Virus record (IMG/VR): IMGVR_UViG_3300010396_000009
Location: 1 to 64,000 of that record
Length of the DNA: 64,000 nt
From: a virus
Direction: 5' to 3' (one strand)
The notes under the pieces were generated by a model. The model was not told the origin of the DNA. It was given only the letters and a program-made list of their open reading frames with translations, and ran no database searches. Of the stretch, positions 55,806 to 64,000 are shown one piece after another. Positions within the stretch are counted from its first letter, which is position 1; every line of letters begins with the position of its first letter. The position numbers and the translations under genes were made by a program.

Positions 55806-58800
55806 TCTGAAGCACCTTTACGTTAATGGCGTTATTCTGCTCAGCGATTTTCTTTACCAATTCGGGATCGCTGGTAAGCACCAGGACCCGGTCGTTGTCC
55901 TTCTTCTGACCCTTGATTCCGTTCTCCCTGAGCTCCGTCAAGAATTTACCCAGAAGGTATGCGTTGGCCGCGAACGCTACGACCATGTAGGTCAGATGGG
56001 CGGCTCCCTTGACTGCTGCAGGGAAAGCTAGCTCATGCGAAGCAGCTGCCTCCTTGACCAATTTTTTAACTCTCGCGGTCCTGGCTCGTCGCTTGGCGAT
56101 CTTCTCAATTTTCTCTGGTGAGCCCTGCGCCACGACCTCGCCGTTAGGCTTTACTTTTGCCAAGATTCCGCTGGAGATCAGGTCAGCCGCGACCGTAGTC
56201 GCCACGTACGGCCCCACATCCTTGATAAGCCACCAGCCGACACCCTTCAGGAACGGCAGGGCTGCGATGGCGGGGAAGGCCATTTCTTTGCCCTTCTTTT
56301 TCTTCATCTCCTTGATTTTGCCATGGAGCGGCTTCTCGAGGTTAGTCACCGGGGGTTTCTTCTTGGGTTTCTGGACAGGGACTCCGCCGTTTGACACCAC
56401 AGCTGCTCGCTGCTGAGCCTTCGGCATTACCTTTGAGGCGGGCTTAGGCGCAGGTTTAGGCGCAGCGATAGGGGCCGGCGCAGCTCGCCTCACAGGCCGC
56501 TTCTTTGTAACTCCGCTCTTAAGAATCTTGCCTCGAAAAGCCGCGACGACGGCGTCTAATAAGCGCATCAGGGCGGCTCTCACCACCACGTGCACCCTGC
56601 CGTAGCCATCGGCGAACGAGTCAAAGATCCCGGCCTTGGCGAGCCATCGCATGGCCGCGGTCGCCCCGACGATACCGCCAAAGTCAATGATCAGCTCATG
56701 AAACACGTCGCCAATCGGTTTCTCGTGGAAGTTAGGATCAGTGCGCCGCGGGATCGGACCGGTTTCTTCATGTGGCGTGAACGCGCTGGGTTGCACCCCT
56801 GGACCAGCGCCGGGCGCCTGGTGCTTAGATCCAAATGTTCCAGTGGCCGTCGGATGCCTGGTGATAATTCCGCCGGCGGCAAATTCATTGACGGCAGGCT
56901 CGATGTCAGAGCCCTTGACACCCAGCACGACGATCTTCTTACCCTTCATGTACAGGTTCTGGAGCGGCTTGAAGTGATACTTGTTCACCAGCTGCTGGTA
57001 CGCCGCCTTGGCCGAGGCGACGCTCTTGCAGTCAAACTCCCAATTCATCGGGGACTCTTCGGCCATGAATGAGGCGGCCTTGACCTGGCCGCTGTGCTCG
57101 TCAATGATCTCCTTGACCTGATTCTCCTTGCTCGGGTCAGTGGTCTGGGCGAAGATCTTGTTGCCGATCACCTTCGCCTGGACACCCAGCTTCTTGATCA
57201 GCTGATACGCCCCGACTGCCAGAGCCCCGGTGGCGAACGTGGCGGTGATCGCCAAGAGCGCCTCACCCTTGGTCCTGGGGATGAAGCCCTTCACACCCTG
57301 CCGGGATGCCTCCTTGACAGCGCCCGGCAGGGCGCGGGCTATTCTCCCGACCTTGCCGGGCATAGAGCCTACTGTTTCTTTTGCATGCTTGGCTCCCTTG
57401 CCAAGCTTTTGCAGCTTGACCCTGGTCTCGTGCGGCAGCATGTCATGCACCATACTAGAGGGCAGGAACTCGGTGCCCGGAAGCACCATTCGCACCCCGG
57501 CCTCGAATTTTCTGTCCATCTCCTTAAAGATTCGCCCCATGATCGCGTCCGTTTTCTCTGTGGCCTTGCACAGGATGCTCTTTTCGCCGTTGCGACGAGC
57601 GGCGAGTCCCTTCGATCTGAGATAGGCGAGGCCAGCGGCGACCGCGAGCGAATTGGCGAAGACAAACTCGACCACTTCTGCCGGACCAAGACCCATCGCA
57701 TATGACATCGCCACGTCCACCCTGGCCCCGCATCGCTGAGCGTAGCGACGCACAGCCTCCTGTCCTCGGTCGCCGTAGGCCCGAATCTTGATCTTTCGCT
57801 TCTGCATGCCGCGACCGAGCGAGGAGAGGATCTCGCAGCCGAAGCCGCGCAATTTTTGAGCGAGCCACCCAACGTACTTCGGACTCACGGACGAGAGCAC
57901 GAATTCGTAAGCCCGACCCATGTCCATCTGGAACGACGCCGCGACCTGAGATGAATTAGTCGGCTCCATCTTGCCGCCATACTTTTTGGTGATCTCCTTC
58001 ACCTCGGTCTTCTTGTCGCCGCGAAGCTTCTTCACCAAGACATAGGCGCCGTACGCGGCAGCCGAGATACCAGCGGCTGTCAGGGCAACAAGGGCTGCAG
58101 ACGCCGCAGCATTGGCACCGAACTTTAGAAGCATGGAGCCGATCGCCATATCAGCGGCGTCTTGGCCGGACTTAAATGCCTTTGCTCTTGTGTTCTCGTG
58201 AGCGAACTTCATCACACCGACCTGGCCGAAGTCGGGCGGGATCGGCGAGCCCTTGAACTCCTGCACGCACTTGTTGATAACTCGGCGCTCTCCAGTAGCG
58301 GTGAGCTTATGTGAGTGAGGAAACGGTCGCTTCACCTTGACACCGTTCTTGCGGAGCCACAGAGACGCCTCGTCTGCCAGGTCCTCGCCCTCAAAGTAGA
58401 GCTGCATTGCCTCTACGCCGCTGTTCCGATCCTTGGCGCCGGGCTCTGTGGGTTCACTTGAGTTTGGCCTGTACGCACTCTGCTGCTGGGCTGGCATCTG
58501 CATAGGAGGAATCACCACTCCGTTTCCGTTCACCCCTGAGGGATAATTGCGTCGCATCATCTGCTTCTCATCATAAAGCGCCATCATTGCGTCAACCATG
58601 CTCATCCCCCTCATCCCGCCGTAGTTAAATGGTCGGCCGACATCGCGCATCTCATGGATCTTCTTGCTCGGCCGAAAATGCACATAGAAAGTCTCGGGCT
58701 TGAAGACGTCGTCCTTGGTCCTGGGATTCTTCTTCCACGCAGATTTTCTTCTGCGCATCTCAAAGATGCCGAAGTTCCGGAGCTCAACTCGCTGACCGTT

Positions 58801-59979
58801 TAATAGCGCCAGCGCGATCTTATCAAGGACAGCAGAGACAACTGGCCTTGTGCGCGCCTGTGCAAAGCCGAGCTCTTCAGAGATAGCAAGGTACAAAGCG
58901 CGCTTAGTCAAGGTCGAGCCAGCGACGGAAACGTCGAAGTCCATGCTAATCGGCGTAAGCGATGCAGCGTACCTCAAGCCAGGTGGTTCAACGACCTTAT
59001 AGTGAATAATGCCCATCTTATGAAGCTCTTGCATCACCTTGTCATGAATGAGAAGATGCACCACGGAGGGACTAGCATGCGGATCTTTTTTCCACATCTC
59101 AGTCGCTATTGGCTTCAGATGTTTCTTGTACAGCTTTGTTATCAGCTTAGCGATTTTCTCTGAATCTTGAGGATAGTTAGGTCCAGGTTTGGCCAGGTGA
59201 GAGACACCCTTATGATTAACTGCCTCGATCGACCTAACTCCGGGCCAGCCGACGAAAACTTGAATATCCTGGGTGCTGAATGTGCCGCCGGCTCTCTTAG
59301 AGTTACTGGGGTGATTATGAATTATCGCGTACTTATTCTTCTTGTCTATGGCGCCAGGAACACTTAAGTGTACGCGTCCCTTGCTGCCGTCGAACCTATG
59401 AATCACGTCTCCCTCATGATTCACTATGACCGAGTGTTCCTTTTCGCTTTTCTTGCCCTTTCTGAGCACGCTTTGCCTAGCTTTGTTTGCACCCTCAGTA
59501 AAGTGATTCTTGAATCCACTAATAGAGTGCTCAAATGCGAACGCCGGCCACTGTCCAGTCATGTTCCCGGTCATGTCTCTTCGCCTGTCGGGAAACCTCA
59601 TATTTCTCTTATAGGCTCTCTTGCGAGCCTGGATCGCCGGGTCAGGGTTCTCGATGGGGCTTATGGCGCTCCCAGTGCAGCAGGGTTCGCCAGTGTTCTG
59701 CACAGTCGAGTCTATAACATGCGTCACCTTCCCCTTATACGCCTTAACAGCCTGGCGAAGAAATGAGATAAAGGTCTCATGCGAGTGCATGTATCGCGGG
59801 GCACCTTCAGAACGATCCGGCATACGAATGTGAAGCTCGAGCTCGCGCTCAGAGACCCTGTCCATTTTCAGGGGAGCCGTACCAGCGATCTTAGCCTGCA
59901 TCCAGTCGATGAACTGCTTAAGAGCGCCCGGTGACCTGAATATCATGGTCAGGTGAATCGGCAGCTCGTGAGTCTTCAT
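55780..59979 (-). CDS. 1399-aa modular protein: JAB/MPN-like domain, HU/IHF domain and about 10 small alpha/beta repeats
   Basis: HNHPS...FSTQD; LTKRAL...VELRNFGIFE.RRRK...KNPRT...FRPSK; repeated F..A...L...G modules. Confidence 0.85.
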   Translation of the reverse strand: MKTHELPIHLTMIFRSPGALKQFIDWMQAKIAGTAPLKMDRVSERELELHIRMPDRSEGAPRYMHSHETFISFLRQAVKAYKGKVTHVIDSTVQNTGEPCCTGSAISPIENPDPAIQARKRAYKRNMRFPDRRRDMTGNMTGQWPAFAFEHSISGFKNHFTEGANKARQSVLRKGKKSEKEHSVIVNHEGDVIHRFDGSKGRVHLSVPGAIDKKNKYAIIHNHPSNSKRAGGTFSTQDIQVFVGWPGVRSIEAVNHKGVSHLAKPGPNYPQDSEKIAKLITKLYKKHLKPIATEMWKKDPHASPSVVHLLIHDKVMQELHKMGIIHYKVVEPPGLRYAASLTPISMDFDVSVAGSTLTKRALYLAISEELGFAQARTRPVVSAVLDKIALALLNGQRVELRNFGIFEMRRRKSAWKKNPRTKDDVFKPETFYVHFRPSKKIHEMRDVGRPFNYGGMRGMSMVDAMMALYDEKQMMRRNYPSGVNGNGVVIPPMQMPAQQQSAYRPNSSEPTEPGAKDRNSGVEAMQLYFEGEDLADEASLWLRKNGVKVKRPFPHSHKLTATGERRVINKCVQEFKGSPIPPDFGQVGVMKFAHENTRAKAFKSGQDAADMAIGSMLLKFGANAAASAALVALTAAGISAAAYGAYVLVKKLRGDKKTEVKEITKKYGGKMEPTNSSQVAASFQMDMGRAYEFVLSSVSPKYVGWLAQKLRGFGCEILSSLGRGMQKRKIKIRAYGDRGQEAVRRYAQRCGARVDVAMSYAMGLGPAEVVEFVFANSLAVAAGLAYLRSKGLAARRNGEKSILCKATEKTDAIMGRIFKEMDRKFEAGVRMVLPGTEFLPSSMVHDMLPHETRVKLQKLGKGAKHAKETVGSMPGKVGRIARALPGAVKEASRQGVKGFIPRTKGEALLAITATFATGALAVGAYQLIKKLGVQAKVIGNKIFAQTTDPSKENQVKEIIDEHSGQVKAASFMAEESPMNWEFDCKSVASAKAAYQQLVNKYHFKPLQNLYMKGKKIVVLGVKGSDIEPAVNEFAAGGIITRHPTATGTFGSKHQAPGAGPGVQPSAFTPHEETGPIPRRTDPNFHEKPIGDVFHELIIDFGGIVGATAAMRWLAKAGIFDSFADGYGRVHVVVRAALMRLLDAVVAAFRGKILKSGVTKKRPVRRAAPAPIAAPKPAPKPASKVMPKAQQRAAVVSNGGVPVQKPKKKPPVTNLEKPLHGKIKEMKKKKGKEMAFPAIAALPFLKGVGWWLIKDVGPYVATTVAADLISSGILAKVKPNGEVVAQGSPEKIEKIAKRRARTARVKKLVKEAAASHELAFPAAVKGAAHLTYMVVAFAANAYLLGKFLTELRENGIKGQKKDNDRVLVLTSDPELVKKIAEQNNAINVKVLQNESHAQSS

Positions 59980-59984
59980 AAGTG

Positions 59985-60352
59985 GAATATACCTAAGTGA
60001 CAGAGACTAGTGAACGCCTAAGCAATTCACTAGTCTCTGGAACTCAGCCGGTGTTAGCTCATGTACAAAGAGCCGCGGCTCAATTACTTTGCTCTAGACA
60101 AGAGGTCAGGGAATTTTATCGACCTTCGCTTCACCCTCCCGGCATCGTGAGTCAAGTGTATAAAATAGCCTCTCGGCGGATCAGAGGGCCGAGGCCTGGT
60201 GGCCCTTCCATGAATTACCGCTTTGGTTCTTTCACCGGGCGCCCATCCTACCAGCAGATGAGAACTAGTGACCTGGATGATTAGGTCGCTACCCAGCGAG
60301 GGATTTACTGTTTTACCGGCTCTCGCCTTTACCGGTCGGGCAACGTCTGTTC
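59985..60352 (-). ncRNA. candidate structured non-coding RNA
   Basis: About 370-nt gap in a tightly packed operon, with a series of hairpins, minus-strand G-U pairs, GAGA tetraloops and a perfect 14-bp stem at 60001-60039. Confidence 0.5.
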
Positions 60353-60751
60353 CTAACTCTGCGCTAGCACCATCCTTACCTTGCACGCGGCTGTGTTGCT
60401 CCTTCCGTAAATCGCGACGCTGGGAGCCCACGGAAACAGCGCAGGGAGCCCGGCATTGCCGTTGCTTCCCGGATAGAGCCGGGCAAACGGGTAAAAAGTC
60501 GCCGAGACAACTAATCCAAGGTCACAGTAGTTCGCCTGGTCCAAGTTCTGGAACTTGACCATCCCCTCCTGACCGCTCGTCACGGCGCCGATCGGAATCA
60601 GAGTTCCGCCGGACGTCGTGGGAATAGAGACGATGTCCGGGTGCGACACAGGACCGTTCGCCTGATTGGCCTGCATCGACGTGGGCCAGGACTCGATCAG
60701 AGGCGGATTGTTGATCTGCAGGTTCGCTGTTATCGTAAGCTCGTTGGCCAC
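60353..60751 (-). CDS. hypothetical beta-rich (putative structural) protein
   Basis: GGAGG SD and a GTG start abutting the upstream stop. Confidence 0.65.
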   Translation of the reverse strand: MANELTITANLQINNPPLIESWPTSMQANQANGPVSHPDIVSIPTTSGGTLIPIGAVTSGQEGMVKFQNLDQANYCDLGLVVSATFYPFARLYPGSNGNAGLPALFPWAPSVAIYGRSNTAACKVRMVLAQS

Positions 60752-61111
60752 TTATACCTCCTGTATAGAAAAATCTAACTGATGAAACGCAGAGTCCTTC
60801 GAGCCGCGGCCGCGCCCCTGAGCTTTCTTGCCTCCAGGGAGAAGCCTCTGTCGTAACATCCGAGTTACTTCTCGGATGTTACTCCTGGTCATCAGCTTAT
60901 AGGTGACCCTGAGCGTACTATCTGATTGTATCTTCCCAGCGAAGCCCATGCTCGCCAATATACCGGCGATCTGCTTGTCCTGAGCAGGGTCTTCCGTAAA
61001 CCAGGATATGACATAGCTGTGATCAGTGGGTGCATACCGACGACCGGACGTGTCATGGGCCTGGTATGGCTCGTACTTGTAGGGCTCGCCGGGTATTGAC
61101 TTTCGCGGCAT
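60752..61111 (-). CDS. hypothetical protein with one copy of the repeat module
   Basis: ISWFTEDPAQDKQIAGILASMGFAGKIQSDSTLRVTY. Confidence 0.6.
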   Translation of the reverse strand: MPRKSIPGEPYKYEPYQAHDTSGRRYAPTDHSYVISWFTEDPAQDKQIAGILASMGFAGKIQSDSTLRVTYKLMTRSNIREVTRMLRQRLLPGGKKAQGRGRGSKDSAFHQLDFSIQEV

Positions 61112-61474
61112 TTATTTCTTCGGCTGTGATGATGCCAGCTTAGATTCGATGAGAGCCAGGATCTGCTGCTTCTGGTCCTCGGTGAAGCCCTTGGGCGCGG
61201 GTGCAGCGGTGACTTCTGGCCAGTGCCAGCTCATTGGACGCTGCGCGGTCTGATCCTCTGGGATCCCCTGAATGCCGGGCGACGGTCCGCCCATTGGGTC
61301 CCAAAGTCCGATATTAAGCAATGTACCGTCCTTGGCCGGGTCAGAGCGATGGGCTCCCGGCGGATGAACGTATGTGACTATCGCAGGAACATGTTCCGGG
61401 CTGTTGGGGTACAGGCGAACGTGGATGATGCGACCGATTGTGGGAGTTTGAGACATTGACATAGGACCTTTCAA
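61112..61474 (-). CDS. hypothetical phage protein
   Basis: PTIGRIIH...PAIVT...WHWP pattern. Confidence 0.7.
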   Translation of the reverse strand: MKGPMSMSQTPTIGRIIHVRLYPNSPEHVPAIVTYVHPPGAHRSDPAKDGTLLNIGLWDPMGGPSPGIQGIPEDQTAQRPMSWHWPEVTAAPAPKGFTEDQKQQILALIESKLASSQPKK

Positions 61475-61920
61475 TTATAGAGATCTACTACTCGAGTACC
61501 TACTACGTGCTTTCCATCTGGGCCGCGTATATCAAACTCTATCTTCTTGGTGTGGCTATGAGCCCAGTGACGGATAAAAGACTCTGCGTACTGCATCCCG
61601 GACGCTGTGCACTCTACGTAGATGCTCTCATCCACCGTTAAGTCATATATTCTTATGAAGCTGTGAACGAAGGCCTCGCTCATGGCAAAGCCCCGCTTAT
61701 CGAAATTTTTTGGTGTCTTCTTGGGCAGCTTGATAAGACCCATCTTTATCAGAGTCTCCCCATGATCATCACCATGACAGCTGATCCAGCTGCCTGATGG
61801 AGTTAACCATCCTGAGTCAGTGCCGATGCTCACACCGCTAAGCGATACCTCACGCTGCTTAATAGCAGACATTACTCTGCGATGCTTATAATACTGCTGA
61901 TGCCGCGAGAAGCCAGACAT
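61471..61920 (-). CDS. hypothetical protein
   Basis: GWLTPSG....H motif; packed operon. Confidence 0.6.
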   Translation of the reverse strand: MSGFSRHQQYYKHRRVMSAIKQREVSLSGVSIGTDSGWLTPSGSWISCHGDDHGETLIKMGLIKLPKKTPKNFDKRGFAMSEAFVHSFIRIYDLTVDESIYVECTASGMQYAESFIRHWAHSHTKKIEFDIRGPDGKHVVGTRVVDLYN

Positions 61921-61922
61921 GC

Positions 61923-62876
61923 TTAAAGTGTTACTCCGGTTACTCGACGAACGACGTGGCTGTAGGACATCTTATGATCACAGCTATTACAGTTCGGCAA
62001 ATCGCGCCTCTTGTCCTGCAGATGGGCGCGGTAGCGAAACATGATCTCTGAGTTCCATACCTGATCAATAGTTTGATGATTCAAATCACCGATGAATACC
62101 GCATCGTCCTGTGTCTGGTCAATCGCGCAGCAGAGCGGCACTCGCCCATCATATTGGATGACGAGATGTCGATGCGGCCTGGCGCAGTGCGTCTGCGGGG
62201 CGCTTGCGGCGTGTCCCTTTGAGTGGAAGCTGTCGAACGAGTGAGCGTTCTCTGGGCGATCACTGCGCATGTCACTGATGCAAAGAAAGCGACCGCGAGA
62301 ATTATGACGGCGATACTTATGATCAGTACGACACCACAGATCATGAGCTCGCCCAGTGCTGTCAATGCTCTCATACAGTTCCTTCTGCTTGATCCCGGCA
62401 TCACCAAGATCATAGATGTTTAGGTTGATCACGTTGACGCCAGAGTCAAAGATATCGGTGATCCGGTCAACCATCGCTATTATTTGGTCTCGCGGGCCTC
62501 TGGTGATCGTGTCTCCGTTCGTCGAGACATAGATAGTGCAGTCAGGGCAAGCTCGGCGAAGACGCATAGCCCAGCTAGAATCATCAGACGAAAACAGTCG
62601 CTTGTCAAGAGTAGGCTCGTTTAGTAAAAACAATTGGATGCATCCATCGAACTGATGCTCGCGCAGCTGATCACAGATGCTCGTGAACAGCTCCTCGCTC
62701 ATCAATTTTTGATTGGGCCTGGGAATGTCACCACCGAATCCGCTGATGGGACAGAAACTGCAGCGTCGATTGCAGTAGGCGCTCGTCTCAATACTGAAGC
62801 GATTTGGCCAGGGATAGAACTCCCCTTTTGAGAAGTCCACCGGCGGCTCGTGCATCACGTCGAAAAATGAAGCCAT
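61923..62876 (-). CDS. radical SAM/SPASM protein
   Basis: CNRRCSFC and NEP; SPASM-type C..P.....IQYDG.V..CC...GDL...W...CNSC. Confidence 0.9.
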   Translation of the reverse strand: MASFFDVMHEPPVDFSKGEFYPWPNRFSIETSAYCNRRCSFCPISGFGGDIPRPNQKLMSEELFTSICDQLREHQFDGCIQLFLLNEPTLDKRLFSSDDSSWAMRLRRACPDCTIYVSTNGDTITRGPRDQIIAMVDRITDIFDSGVNVINLNIYDLGDAGIKQKELYESIDSTGRAHDLWCRTDHKYRRHNSRGRFLCISDMRSDRPENAHSFDSFHSKGHAASAPQTHCARPHRHLVIQYDGRVPLCCAIDQTQDDAVFIGDLNHQTIDQVWNSEIMFRYRAHLQDKRRDLPNCNSCDHKMSYSHVVRRVTGVTL

Positions 62877-63028
62877 TACTTCCCCAGAAGGATCAGCACC
62901 CCGGCAGATAAGGCTAGGAGTCCCATGATAATGTGCTCGGCCTCGAACCGAAAGTTAGTCAACGACAAGATCCCAGTCAAGATCAGCCATACGCACAGAA
63001 GAATAACACCAAATGATCTGTTGCTCAT
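62876..63028 (-). CDS. small two-TM membrane protein (start 63028)
   Basis: GVILLCVWLILTGIL...IMGLLALSAGVLILLGK. Confidence 0.65.
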   Translation of the reverse strand: MSNRSFGVILLCVWLILTGILSLTNFRFEAEHIIMGLLALSAGVLILLGK

Positions 63029-63047
63029 GATAACTCCATTATAATGA

Positions 63048-63767
63048 TTATTCTTCGCTTTGTACAGCTGCTTCCTCTGGATTAGAGGGAATCGTCTCAT
63101 CCATGGCGATGGCATCTCTGTCAGGCGTAAGCGATGTGCCCTCCACGTCGATGCCCTTCACAGAGAGCTTGGTCCGGATCAGCTCCTCGAATTCCTTCAC
63201 GCGATAGTCGTCGCCCCACACCTCCCAGGCCGAGTGAGCGATGGCGGAGATCACGGATGTCATGGCCTGGGCGAAGGCGCCGTTGAGCCGGGTCTTCAGC
63301 TCCTGGATGTCACCGGCTTTGCCGGCCATGTCGGCGACCTCACGAAGCTTCGATGACATCATTTGGCCAGTGAGGAGCTTCATCTCTGTGATCTTGGCCT
63401 CAGTTTCAGGAGTGACAGGCATCTCCAGTACCTTGGCGTACTCGGCCACGGCGTCCCCGGCAGTTATGCGCATCAGGGACAATTCTTCGGTGAGGTCCAG
63501 GTTGTCGAGCGAGCCCATCTCCTCAACGACCTCCTCCATTTTCGCCGCCAGCGTGGGGCGAAGTGACTTAAGATAGAATCGAGACATGTATCTTCCCCTG
63601 TGCCCCTTATGGTCCGCCGAGTACATGTGCTGGCTGCATCTGGGCGGATCAGAGTCAGCCTCGGATTCATAGCGGCACCGGCGCCCCTTCAGAGAAGACG
63701 TCACCATGGCGGTGCAGCGCTCGACTGTGCTGTAGCGATTGTGAAGGGTCCTGGTTACGTCGCTCAT
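63048..63767 (-). CDS. putative terminase small subunit
   Basis: N-terminal C..(R)C..C..H knuckle followed by a helical body; heads the packaging operon. Confidence 0.5.
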   Translation of the reverse strand: MSDVTRTLHNRYSTVERCTAMVTSSLKGRRCRYESEADSDPPRCSQHMYSADHKGHRGRYMSRFYLKSLRPTLAAKMEEVVEEMGSLDNLDLTEELSLMRITAGDAVAEYAKVLEMPVTPETEAKITEMKLLTGQMMSSKLREVADMAGKAGDIQELKTRLNGAFAQAMTSVISAIAHSAWEVWGDDYRVKEFEELIRTKLSVKGIDVEGTSLTPDRDAIAMDETIPSNPEEAAVQSEE

Positions 63768-63776
63768 CTTATTTCC

Positions 63777-64000
63777 CTAGGCTAAGCACAGCTCCCTGGC
63801 TAATTCAAGAGCCTCCTGATACCGCGTCTTCATCTGCCCTATTGTAAGGGGTGGATCGTAGTGATCTGCGATTTCTCGCAAGGTGCAGTTCTGCAGTAGG
63901 TGCCACCTGAGGATGTTAGCCGCCTCCTTAGGTAATGAGTCCAGGACAAGCGACACCTCAGCTATGGTCTCAGCTGTCTTAACTGTGGCGCCGTCGTCTC
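63777..64000 (-). CDS. sigma-70 region 4-like HTH regulator (3' part only)
   Basis: Manual translation VLDSLPKEAANILRWHLLQNCTLREIADHY...GQMKTRYQEALELAR*. Confidence 0.75.
   Translation of the reverse strand, partial: DDGATVKTAETIAEVSLVLDSLPKEAANILRWHLLQNCTLREIADHYDPPLTIGQMKTRYQEALELARELCLA

Noticed and set aside
59985-60085. Resemblance to group II intron domain V/VI (GAGCCG...CGGCU plus hairpin) and to group I R/S elements (CAGAGACUA, AGGUAUAUUCC)
   Set aside because: The stem geometry is wrong, there is no bulged A or GUGYG start, P7 would mismatch, and no gene is interrupted.
60084-60431. 115-aa minus-strand ORF across the ncRNA candidate
   Set aside because: It overlaps the upstream gene out of frame, has no clear SD, and its sequence is not protein-like.
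269-63785. Numerous plus-strand ORFs in the track (e.g. 9468..10217, 40342..40971, 48786..49478, 53390..54100)
   Set aside because: They are antisense shadows of well-supported minus-strand genes and have no recognisable motifs. Only the HNH ORF is retained.
1-64000. tRNA, rRNA, integrase, transposase or genome-wide stop-codon recoding
   Set aside because: None was recognised. Core genes are intact in the standard code, and the single in-frame TAA in the HNH gene is isolated.

Overview
The window is most of a tailed dsDNA bacteriophage genome. It has a long-tail (siphovirus-like) gene set, a Mu/lambda-like head module, and no integrase. Almost every real gene is on the minus strand; the one convincing plus-strand gene is an AT-rich HNH endonuclease. 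In transcription order (right to left) the modules are: (1) a sigma-70 region-4 regulator (partial), putative TerS and a radical SAM/SPASM protein; (2) a candidate structured ncRNA, then a 1399-aa modular protein with JAB-like, HU/IHF and about 10 small repeat domains; (3) TerL and portal; (4) a membrane/lipoprotein/papain-peptidase cassette in place of a recognisable endolysin; (5) fibre-like genes, MuF, Mu-type protease, decoration protein and major capsid; (6) tail genes with a -1 frameshift chaperone, tape measure and a Cys/poly-Thr tail-tip protein; (7) four glycosyltransferase-like genes, two methyltransferases and a radical SAM; (8) SSB-like protein, primase-MCM fusion, MazG-like enzyme, divergent C5-MTase, Asp-type thymidylate synthase homolog, dNMP kinase and PolA; (9) an AT-rich control region and an early operon whose leader holds a boxA-like site and a type II hammerhead ribozyme; (10) small early genes including csrA, then SNF2 helicase, dCMP deaminase and ATP-dependent ligase. 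A Planctomycetota-like host is only an inference from gene style. The best novelty candidates are a protease-processed head polyprotein system, a glycosylation system next to a mucin-like tail-tip protein, a cytosine-modification pathway and the ribozyme-containing early leader. All calls come from reading motifs by eye; no database search was run.
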